Shown here: one piece after another, positions 1 to 6,725 of the stretch
Layout: every line of letters begins with the position of its first letter
How positions within the stretch are numbered: the stretch's first letter is position 1
NCBI GenBank assembly: GCA_032249095.1
Contig: JAVVGN010000027.1
Location: forward strand, 1 to 22,029
Origin: Candidatus Caldarchaeales archaeon
GTDB taxonomy: Archaea; Thermoproteota; Nitrososphaeria_A; Caldarchaeales; Calditenuaceae
Direction of reading: 5' to 3'
Length of the DNA stretch: 22,029 nt
The notes under the pieces: generated by a model
Database searches by the model: none
Seen by the model: the letters and a program-made list of their open reading frames with translations, nothing else
Told to the model about the DNA's origin: nothing
Translations under genes and position numbers: made by a program

Positions 1-55
1 TAAGCATGCCACGCTTAATTAGCCTCTCATCGACCCTCTCCCAGTAGCTCATCAT
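1..55 (-). CDS. 5' end of a transposase-like ORF running off the left window edge (IS5/IS903-group-like N-terminus)
   Basis: Reverse strand reads ATG ATG AGC TAC TGG GAG AGG GTC GAT GAG AGG CTA ATT AAG CGT GGC ATG CTT = MMSYWERVDERLIKRGML. The W-x2-(Y/V)-(N/D)-x2-L-x2-RG pattern is typical of IS5-family transposase N-termini. Only 18 codons are visible. Confidence 0.3.
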   Translation of the reverse strand, partial: MMSYWERVDERLIKRGML

Positions 56-208
56 GGGAGAGGAGTGGAGGCATGGCAATAGGCCTTGAGGCGAAAGGAT
101 ATAAGGAATCTGAGACGAGAGCCGGAAAACGTCACAGGAATAGCCAAAAGGTAGCGAAGAGAGACAAAGAGTCCAGGAATTAAGCCACAAGGCAAACCCA
201 AAACAATG

Positions 209-214
209 TTTAAA
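209..214 (+). promoter_or_regulatory. TATA-like box (TTTAAA) upstream of guaB
   Basis: TTTAAA at 209-214 lies about 35-40 nt upstream of the GTG start at 249, implying a short leader. Confidence 0.35.
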
Positions 215-248
215 GCCTGCCCCAAGGCAGAATTCGAGAAGGGATACG

Positions 249-1700
249 GTGCCGGAGTTCTGGGAGCGCCTGGGACTCACCTTCGACGATGTTCTACTCG
301 TTCCGCGCTACTCGACTGTTAGGTCCCGCGCCGAGGCTAAGACGACGACGAGGCTGACGAGGAAGCTGACGATCAACATACCGATAGTCTCTGCAGCTAT
401 GGATACCGTGACGGAGAGCAGTATGGCGATCGCCATGGCGAGGGAGGGGGGGCTTGGCGTCATCCACAGATTCATGCCGATAGAGCAGCAGGTCGCGGAG
501 GTCTTGAAGGTGAAGAGGGCGGAGGGCATAGTAATAGACGATCCCTACACTATTAGGCTGAGCTCGACGGTCGCCGACGCTAGGAGGGAGATGGAGGTCA
601 GGGGTGTCTCGGGGCTTATCGTCGTAGACGATCAGAAAAGGGTTCAGGGAATAGTCACGGCGAGAGACATATTGTTTGAGAGGGATGAGACCCCAGTCTC
701 GCAGGTTATGACGCCGAGAAGTAGGCTCGTCGTGGCGCAGGAGAACGTGACGACCGAAGAGGCGATAGAGCTGATCAGGAAGCATAAGGTCGAGAAGATA
801 CCCATCGTCGACAAGGACTGGAGGGTGAAGGGGCTGATAACTGCCAAGGATATCCGTTCACGCGGACTCTACCCCCACTCCTCGAGGGATTCTAAGGGTA
901 GGATGCTGGTGGGCGCCGCGATCGGTGTGAGGGGTGACTACCTCGAGAGGGCCAAGGCCCTCCAAGAGGCGGAGACAGACGTCTTGGTGGTCGACGTTGC
1001 ACATGGGCATACAGAGCAGGTGATCGACGCCCTAAAGAACCTAAGAAGAGAGCTTGGCGACGGCATCCAGCTCATAGCCGGTAACGTTGCCACCCCGGAG
1101 GGCTTCGAGGACCTGGCCGCGTATGCTGATTGCGTCAAGGTGGGGATAGGGCCGGGCTCGGTCTGTACGACTCGAATAGTCGCAGGGGTCGGCGTGCCGC
1201 AGCTCACAGCAATAATGAGTTGTGCCTCGTCCTCCGAGAGGACAGGTGTCCCCATGATGGCCGACGGTGGAATAAGGAGCTCCGCAGACGTTGTTAAGGC
1301 CTTGGCGGCGGGGGCTTCGACCGTTATGATCGGGATGCTTCTCGCGGGAACGGACGAGAGCCCCGGCACGGTAGTTGTAAGGAATGGGAGAAAAAGCAAG
1401 ATCTACAGGGGGATGGCCTCCTTTTACGCTATGCTGGGGAGGGAGTCGAAGCTTAAGGGCGAGGTGGCGATCGACGAGGTCTCTGAGTACTCCTACATGG
1501 CGGAGGGCATCGAGGCCTATGTCGACTACAAGGGCTCAGCCTCGGAGGTTGTCAGGCAGCTGGTGAACGGCCTGAAGTCCGGGATGAGCTACCTCGGCGC
1601 GAGGACGATAGAGGAACTCAGGAGGAACGCACTCTTCATCCAGATTACTCATGCCGCGTATCTCGAGTCCCTGCCACACGATGTCGAGCGAATAAGATAG
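249..1700 (+). CDS. guaB: inosine-5'-monophosphate dehydrogenase with inserted CBS pair
   Basis: 483 aa. Has the catalytic loop GIGPGSVCTTR, the ADGGIRSSADVVKALAAGA phosphate-binding segment, and a CBS-domain insert (residues ~95-205). GTG start. Confidence 0.95.
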   Translation: MPEFWERLGLTFDDVLLVPRYSTVRSRAEAKTTTRLTRKLTINIPIVSAAMDTVTESSMAIAMAREGGLGVIHRFMPIEQQVAEVLKVKRAEGIVIDDPYTIRLSSTVADARREMEVRGVSGLIVVDDQKRVQGIVTARDILFERDETPVSQVMTPRSRLVVAQENVTTEEAIELIRKHKVEKIPIVDKDWRVKGLITAKDIRSRGLYPHSSRDSKGRMLVGAAIGVRGDYLERAKALQEAETDVLVVDVAHGHTEQVIDALKNLRRELGDGIQLIAGNVATPEGFEDLAAYADCVKVGIGPGSVCTTRIVAGVGVPQLTAIMSCASSSERTGVPMMADGGIRSSADVVKALAAGASTVMIGMLLAGTDESPGTVVVRNGRKSKIYRGMASFYAMLGRESKLKGEVAIDEVSEYSYMAEGIEAYVDYKGSASEVVRQLVNGLKSGMSYLGARTIEELRRNALFIQITHAAYLESLPHDVERIR

Positions 1701-1701
1701 T

Positions 1702-2958
1702 ATGCCAGGCATAGTCCTCGTGGGTCTCCAGTGGGGCGACGAGGGCAAGGGTAAAGCCTCGGCCTATATCTCTAGGGGCGCGGGGCTGACGGTCCGGTTC
1801 AACGGAGGAGCCAACGCCGGCCACACCGTCTCCGTCGGCGGCAAGTCGTTTAGCCTCCACATGATCCCTGCCGGGGCCGTCTCCTCTAGGTCCGCGGCAC
1901 TGGGCCCTGGGGTTTACCTTGACCTCGAGGCGCTCTTCAAGGACCTCGAGCAGCTCGAGCAGTCTCTCGGCAGGATCGAGCTGGTGGTCAGTCCCCGTGC
2001 CCACCTGGTCCTTGACCTTCATAAGGAGCTCGACAAGAGTCTTGAGCTTCTACGCTCTGGGGAGAGGATAGGGACGACGCTCCGAGGCATCGGCCCAGCC
2101 GCGATGCATAAATACGCGAGGCTCGGGCTTAGGCTATGCGACATCCTCGAGGAAGACGCGGCGTCCCTGAGCGCGGCCCACCTCTGGAGGAGCCTGTGGG
2201 AGGGGCTGCTAGGCCGCGTGGAGGAGGCCTGGCTCAGCCGGCTCAGGGAGCTCGCCGAGAGGGTCAGGGGTTTTGTGGGCGACGTAGGTGGGAGGATTGA
2301 GAGGGAGCTCTGCTCGGGCGGCAAGGTCGTCTTTGAGGGAGCTCAGGGGACGATGCTGGACATAGACCACGGCACATACCCCTATGTCACCTCCAGCCAC
2401 ACAGTCTCCGCCTCAGCCTCCACGGGATCAGGCGTCGGGATAAAGGCGATAAGCAGGGTAATTGGTGTCGCCAAAAGCTACACCACCAGAGTGGGTGCAG
2501 GCCCTTTCCCCACAGAGCTACATTCCCCCATCGCTGACGAGCTGAGGAGGCGGGGAGGGGAGTATGGGGCGACGACTGGGCGGCCTAGGAGGATAGGCTG
2601 GCTGGACGCCGTCCAGCTCCGCTACGCCTGCAGACTCAACAGCGTCGACGAGATATTCCTCACACGGGTCGACACGCTCTCAGGGCTACCGGGTGTAAAG
2701 GTCTGCCTCAGGTATGATGGTGTCGGTGAGGGATTCCCCGAGACAGTGGCCTCTCTGCAGCGCGCCTTGCCGATCTACAGGGAGATCCCTGGCTGGCCGC
2801 CCATCGGAGACGAGCTCAGGGAGAGGCTGAGGCGTGAGGGGTACGGAGCTTTGCCTAGGGAGGCGCGCAGATTCGTTGAGCTGGTCGAGGAGGAGCTGGG
2901 CGTGCCGGTAAGGTACATAGGGGTAGGGCCTGGCGTCGAGGACGTGGTAGAGAAATAA
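1702..2958 (+). CDS. purA: adenylosuccinate synthetase
   Basis: 418 aa. Has the N-terminal P-loop GLQWGDEGKGK, NAGHTV, and the GTTLRGIGPA and TRVGAGPFPTEL motifs. Its ATG is 2 nt after the guaB stop, suggesting an operon. Confidence 0.95.
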   Translation: MPGIVLVGLQWGDEGKGKASAYISRGAGLTVRFNGGANAGHTVSVGGKSFSLHMIPAGAVSSRSAALGPGVYLDLEALFKDLEQLEQSLGRIELVVSPRAHLVLDLHKELDKSLELLRSGERIGTTLRGIGPAAMHKYARLGLRLCDILEEDAASLSAAHLWRSLWEGLLGRVEEAWLSRLRELAERVRGFVGDVGGRIERELCSGGKVVFEGAQGTMLDIDHGTYPYVTSSHTVSASASTGSGVGIKAISRVIGVAKSYTTRVGAGPFPTELHSPIADELRRRGGEYGATTGRPRRIGWLDAVQLRYACRLNSVDEIFLTRVDTLSGLPGVKVCLRYDGVGEGFPETVASLQRALPIYREIPGWPPIGDELRERLRREGYGALPREARRFVELVEEELGVPVRYIGVGPGVEDVVEK

Positions 2959-2962
2959 TCCA

Positions 2963-4345
2963 GTGGTCGTCGGTGATGGCGGCTTGAGGGGGCTGGAAGG
3001 CCTTAGTTGTACCGACCTTGAGAGACTCGTGGGGATCGAGGGCTATTATACCGTGTCCCCAGGGATCGGGGGGATTGTTAAGGAGAGGCCGGAGGACTTC
3101 ATTGTCTGGGAGGTGCTTGACGGTGGCCTAGACTCGAGGCTTATGTGGGAGTTGGGCCCCCTGCCCCACGAGCCGAGCCGCTACTCCCTCTGGATCCTCC
3201 GCAAGAAGAATAAGGACATGCTGGGAGGCCTTGCAGACATCTCGAGAGCGATAGGCATGAGGCTCCGCAAAGTAAAGATATGTGGGATAAAGGACAGGCG
3301 CGCGACCACCTACCAGTTCATAGCTCTCCCCACAGAGGCTATACCCCAGACTACTCGAACAATAGTGGCCGGTCCAGTGGAGGCTAGGCACGTGGGATAC
3401 GTCAACGAGCTCAAGACCGAGGACCTCGTCGAGAATCGGTTCGAGGTCGTGGTCAGGCATGTCTCGGGAGACACGCAGAGCCTCTCACGCTTCAGGGAGG
3501 AGGTTCAGTCGGAGGGGGTCCCGAACTACTTTGGGCCCCAGCGGTTCGGGTCCCTGAGGCCCATAACCCACCTCGTCGGACGGCGCATCGTAGCAGGAGA
3601 GTTTAGGGAGGCGGTGGAAACATTCCTCTTCCTCCACACGGACTTCGAGCCTGAGCCGGTGAAGATGGCTAGGCAGCTGGCGGCAGAGCAGAGCATCCCA
3701 GACCAACTACTATCGATACTCCCGCGGAGCCTAGTCTATGAGAGGGCCGTGGCCCGCCACCTTGCAGAGAGGCGGGGGGACTATCTCGGCGCTCTGAGGA
3801 GGCTCCCCCTGAGGCTTAGAAGACTCTTCGTAGAGGCCTATTCCTCCTACATATTTAACAGGGCCCTAAGCCTCTCCCTCAGAGACGGAGCCAGGCTAAA
3901 CGAGCCGCTGGTCGGCGACCTCGCTGTCAGGCTGGACATGTATCAGAGGCCCTACGGCCGGGTAATCCCCGTAGACACCTGGAACATCGAGGAGGTTGCG
4001 AGGCGCGTTGCGAGGGGCGAGGCCGCGATCTCTCTACCACACGTGGGATATCTCGTCTGGCTACCGCGGGGACCCCGCGGAGATGCTTTGCGGGTAGTTC
4101 TGGAGGAGGAGGGGGTGACGACATCCAGCTTCAGGATCCGTGCAGCTCCGGAGCTCTCCACGCGCGGCTACCCCCGGCCGATACTCCTCAGGCCGAGGGA
4201 GCTTCAGCTCTCCGTCCAAGGGGAGGGCCTGGTTCGACTCAGCTTCTTCCTCCCACCCTCGGGATACGCCACCTCTTTGCTGAGGGAGCTGATGAAGAGG
4301 CGGTGTGGTCTGGCGTACGTCGGAGTCAGGCACTGTTATGCTTAA
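2963..4345 (+). CDS. truD: tRNA pseudouridine synthase TruD/Pus7 family
   Basis: 460 aa. Has PEDFIVWEV near the N-terminus, KDRRATT (catalytic Asp region) and the hallmark NYFGPQRFG motif. GTG start 5 nt after the purA stop. Confidence 0.9.
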   Translation: MVVGDGGLRGLEGLSCTDLERLVGIEGYYTVSPGIGGIVKERPEDFIVWEVLDGGLDSRLMWELGPLPHEPSRYSLWILRKKNKDMLGGLADISRAIGMRLRKVKICGIKDRRATTYQFIALPTEAIPQTTRTIVAGPVEARHVGYVNELKTEDLVENRFEVVVRHVSGDTQSLSRFREEVQSEGVPNYFGPQRFGSLRPITHLVGRRIVAGEFREAVETFLFLHTDFEPEPVKMARQLAAEQSIPDQLLSILPRSLVYERAVARHLAERRGDYLGALRRLPLRLRRLFVEAYSSYIFNRALSLSLRDGARLNEPLVGDLAVRLDMYQRPYGRVIPVDTWNIEEVARRVARGEAAISLPHVGYLVWLPRGPRGDALRVVLEEEGVTTSSFRIRAAPELSTRGYPRPILLRPRELQLSVQGEGLVRLSFFLPPSGYATSLLRELMKRRCGLAYVGVRHCYA

Positions 4346-4623
4346 ATGGGCAGAATCGCGGCCCGGAAGAACTCGTGGTGCGTCCTCAAGCAGTCGAGGA
4401 CGCGCTTATAGTAGCCGTATCCCCTCACGTAGAGTTCTCGCTGCCGAACGTCCTGAGTAACCATTCGCAAAAAGCTGTCTCCACCCCTATATATACTAAC
4501 TCTATTGTTTCTATTTATCGTGTTTAGGATATCCGTATAGTGTTGTCTGTCCTTTTCCATGAATGTGACTTCGTTTCTCCACAGGTCTAGCTGTATTGGT
4601 ACGTTGCCGTGTGTTGGGGCCAT
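4342..4623 (-). CDS. hypothetical small basic protein (orphan), possibly starting at internal ATG 4560 (72 aa)
   Basis: It is the only long ORF in the 570-nt gap after truD. It is Arg/Tyr-rich with no recognised domain and lies in a low-GC segment (20/60 GC in 4501-4560). A TTATAAA box (reverse complement of 4629-4635) lies only 6 nt upstream of ATG 4623, so that box would favour the downstream ATG at 4560. Confidence 0.35.
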   Translation of the reverse strand: MAPTHGNVPIQLDLWRNEVTFMEKDRQHYTDILNTINRNNRVSIYRGGDSFLRMVTQDVRQRELYVRGYGYYKRVLDCLRTHHEFFRAAILPI

Positions 4624-4641
4624 TACTCTTTATAAGTGGGG

Positions 4642-4656
4642 CCGGTGGGGGTTCCT
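4642..4656 (+). repeat. repeat copy 1: CCGGTG GGGGTT CCT
   Basis: Read directly: CCGGTG at 4642-4647, GGGGTT at 4648-4653, CCT at 4654-4656. It is immediately preceded by AGTGGGG (4634-4640), which matches the spacer plus G-run of copy 3. Confidence 0.5.
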
Positions 4657-4913
4657 CTCCGAATGTGTAAAAACATGGGGAGGAGAAGAGGTTGGGAGAG
4701 GGATGGTGGAGAGGTTCCACTTAGTGGCGAGGCCATACGAGATAAAGACACAGAATAAGGAGGTGTAGGGATATTGAAGTTCTATGCAGATGTCCACAGG
4801 ACTAAGAAGAATAGCGAGAGATACAGGATATAACATACACTACTGACGGAACAACTTTCAAACACGTAGACAGCTTCGGCTAGGTTCCGGCTGGGCCCGG
4901 AGACAAGCTATTC

Positions 4914-5642
4914 ATGGATACGTTGCCTGTCCAGCACACGGACGGCGCGATAGAACTACTAAGGCGGGGAGTAGAGGTCTATTATCTCAGAAGGCTTACA
5001 CTGCTCAATAAGGTACGCGGAGAACTCAGGCTGCCGAAGAGCGCTAGGGGAGACATAAGGGCATTGATGAGTATTGAGGAGAGGTGGTTTAGGAGGGTTA
5101 CCGAAGACTTCCTAGTCTTGAGGAGGATGATTCTGGCCCACAGGTCTCTTACAAAGACCCATCAGCAACTACTAAATAAATACAGGGCTTTGTCTGATGC
5201 TGAGAGGGAGGTTCTGAAGCCAGCAATCTCATCCATAGAGAAGCAGATGGTGGAGATGGCGAAAAAGATAGATGAGGAGGCTGGCAGAAGACTTCCGGCC
5301 TATAATGTGATTCTTGAGGGGCTGGGGATAGACTATAGTTTGGCTGGCAGGGAGGCCCTGGCAGAGCTGTTGGTGTATGCTGATTTTGTTGATAGTTCTT
5401 TGAGGGTGTTGGAGAGGCTTTTAGGACTCTACAAACCGATTAGGTTGTGTGGAAGGGAGTATTGGAGGCTATATGATGGTAGGCTTCATCGGGCTGTCAC
5501 TAGACTATCTATGGCATACTACAAGGATAGACCAAGTGGACGACAATGTTGGGAGCTGGTGAAAAAGATTAAGCAACTATTGGTGACGGCGCAGGCATCG
5601 GGACAGGCCCCCGGCAGCGAGGGGAAAAATCCCAAAAGCTAG
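4914..5642 (+). CDS. IS110/IS1111-family recombinase homolog, N-terminally truncated with non-canonical catalytic positions
   Basis: 242 aa. AIELLRRGVEVYYLRR ... LPKSARGDIRALMSI aligns by eye, without gaps, to the IS621 segment AECLYDAGYIVSVINP ... NKTDTVDARMLAEF. LEGLGIDYSLAGREALAELLVYADF...LLGLYKPIRLCGRE...GRLHRAVTRLSMA follows the Transposase_20 pattern (PGIG ... F ... GL-P ... SG ... lRraL). An in-frame TAG at 4881-4883 closes the frame upstream. Confidence 0.6.
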   Translation: MDTLPVQHTDGAIELLRRGVEVYYLRRLTLLNKVRGELRLPKSARGDIRALMSIEERWFRRVTEDFLVLRRMILAHRSLTKTHQQLLNKYRALSDAEREVLKPAISSIEKQMVEMAKKIDEEAGRRLPAYNVILEGLGIDYSLAGREALAELLVYADFVDSSLRVLERLLGLYKPIRLCGREYWRLYDGRLHRAVTRLSMAYYKDRPSGRQCWELVKKIKQLLVTAQASGQAPGSEGKNPKS

Positions 5643-5708
5643 ACGCACCGGGAGCTTTATGCTTATAATTGCCGGAGAAATTCGCCGGCGGGCTGTTGGA
5701 TTTTAATC

Positions 5709-5726
5709 CCGGTGTCTGGGGTTCCT
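5709..5726 (+). repeat. repeat copy 2: CCGGTG TCT GGGGTT CCT
   Basis: Read directly at 5709-5726, inside the 3' non-coding segment of the IS110-like ORF. It shares the trailing CCT with copy 1 and the xxT spacer plus GGGGTT with copy 3. Confidence 0.5.
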
Positions 5727-5853
5727 AGGCTCGCTGTTTAAGGGATTTAGACTAACTATCCCCTCCCCCCACTCTTTCCTCCTTTTCCACTCGTCTGCTC
5801 AATCCCTCTGATCCTCAACCAACAACAACACTAAGCCTCACAACACTCACCTA

Positions 5854-5867
5854 GTTAAATCTTAAAT
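5854..5867 (+). promoter_or_regulatory. tandem TTAAATC TTAAATC, likely TATA region of the rhomboid gene
   Basis: Two adjacent TTAAATC heptamers lie 22-35 nt upstream of the TTG start at 5889, which is the spacing expected for a leaderless archaeal mRNA. Confidence 0.4.
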
Positions 5868-5874
5868 CCAACAT

Positions 5875-5889
5875 CCGGTGAGTGGGGTT
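5875..5889 (+). repeat. repeat copy 3: CCGGTG AGT GGGGTT
   Basis: Read directly at 5875-5889. It abuts or overlaps the TTG start of the rhomboid gene (5889). Confidence 0.5.
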
Positions 5890-6563
5890 TGTTGTACGGC
5901 TTCAGGGAGGAGCGGCCAGTCGTCACTTATCTCCTAGTGGCCGCAAATATCGTCGTATTCGGCCTCACATATCTGGTGGGTAGGATTTGGATGATTCTTC
6001 TGTGGGGCCTCACACCAATAAACATACTTGAGGCTAACAACCCCCTTGCCTTCTTGTATGGCCTTGCAACATTCTTTACATCCATGTTCATACACGACGG
6101 GATACTTCACATCTTCTTTAACATGTGGGCGCTCCTGATCCTTGGCCGTGAAGTTGAGGTGACGCTGGGACGCGCGAGGTTCACATTATTATACTTTCTA
6201 AGCGGGTTCGTGGGGGGTCTCGCATACGTCTCGACCGCTCTCTTCATCCCCCGGAACCTCCTCATCCCAGCCGTGGGAGCCTCGGGCGCGGTCTTCGGGG
6301 TCATGGGTGCCTTCGCGGTCCTATTTCCACGCCGTCCCCTAGCCATGTTCTTCTACCTGATCCCCATCATAGCCCCAGCCTTCGTCGCGATAGCGATACT
6401 CGCCATAATACAGACGATCCTCGCCCTAATCCTACCATTCAGCTCAATCGCTTACAGCGCCCATGTTGGGGGCCTCGCAGTGGGGCTTGCCGCCGCTCTT
6501 ATCTGGAAGAGGTTGGTCATGAGAAAGCACTATGGCTATTATTGGGCTCTAAACGATTTTTAG
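5889..6563 (+). CDS. rhomboid family intramembrane serine protease
   Basis: 224 aa and polytopic. Has the HIFFNMWAL motif, catalytic GASGAVFGVMGA (GxSG) and the downstream AHVGGLAVGL histidine helix. Confidence 0.85.
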   Translation: MLYGFREERPVVTYLLVAANIVVFGLTYLVGRIWMILLWGLTPINILEANNPLAFLYGLATFFTSMFIHDGILHIFFNMWALLILGREVEVTLGRARFTLLYFLSGFVGGLAYVSTALFIPRNLLIPAVGASGAVFGVMGAFAVLFPRRPLAMFFYLIPIIAPAFVAIAILAIIQTILALILPFSSIAYSAHVGGLAVGLAAALIWKRLVMRKHYGYYWALNDF

Positions 6564-6698
6564 GAGCGAGAGGACGACAGCCCCTATCTCTCTTCCCAGC
6601 GTCCTGAAGAGGTCTGCTATTGCGACCGACAGTACAGCTATGGCTAGTAGGAAGAGGAAGAGGGCGACTGCTGAGGCGACCTCCCTAGCCGAGACCAT
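6549..6698 (-). CDS. possible 49-aa hydrophobic micro-protein downstream of the PLD nuclease gene (not in ORF track)
   Basis: Hand translation gives MVSAREVASAVALFLFLLAIAVLSVAIADLFRTLGREIGAVVLSLLKIV with one clear TM helix. Its ATG is 27 nt after the PLD stop on the same strand, and its 3' end overlaps the rhomboid 3' end by 15 nt. No homology is recognised, and it could be a GC-driven spurious ORF. Confidence 0.2.
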   Translation of the reverse strand: MVSAREVASAVALFLFLLAIAVLSVAIADLFRTLGREIGAVVLSLLKIV

Positions 6699-6725
6699 GC
6701 CCAAGCTAGGACTCTAGCTCGGTTT

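Larger units (their letters stand above)
4642..5889 (+). mobile_element. decayed IS110/IS1111-family-like element (boundaries tentative, set by repeat copies 1 and 3)
   Basis: About 1.25 kb of low-GC DNA carrying one IS110-like ORF. Long non-coding flanks lie on both sides of the ORF (about 270 nt and 245 nt). It is bracketed by CCGGTG-N0-3-GGGGTT copies at 4642 and 5875. Confidence 0.3.

Noticed and set aside
294-785. Long antisense or alternate-frame ORFs inside well-supported genes. Examples: 294-785(-), 938-1399(-), 1645-2022(-), 7039-7527(-), 8589-8903(+), 10022-10411(+), 12299-12661(+), 14161-14652(+), 17962-18495(-), 19641-20042(-) and 20497-21057(+).
   Set aside because: Each overlaps a CDS with clear family motifs on the other strand or frame. 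Their translations are Arg/Pro/Ser/Gly-rich low-complexity strings typical of spurious open frames in high-GC DNA.
4559-4836. Track ORFs 4559-4768(+), 4630-4836(-) and 4511-4720(-) in the island's non-coding segment.
   Set aside because: They are mutually overlapping, with low-complexity Gly/Trp/Pro-rich translations arising from the purine tract. They have no start-site support. The region is better explained as non-coding or as the decayed N-terminus of the IS110-like gene.
4642-5891. The CCGGTG...GGGGTT copies as duplicated tRNA 3' halves (att sites of a tRNA-integrating element), since the tRNA-Thr plus-strand text reads CCCCGGGCGGGGTTTGAACC.
   Set aside because: Similarity stops after GGGGTT(TG). 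None of the copies continues into a T-loop/T-stem (GTTTGAA CCCGC) or an acceptor stem, and no integrase gene is present.
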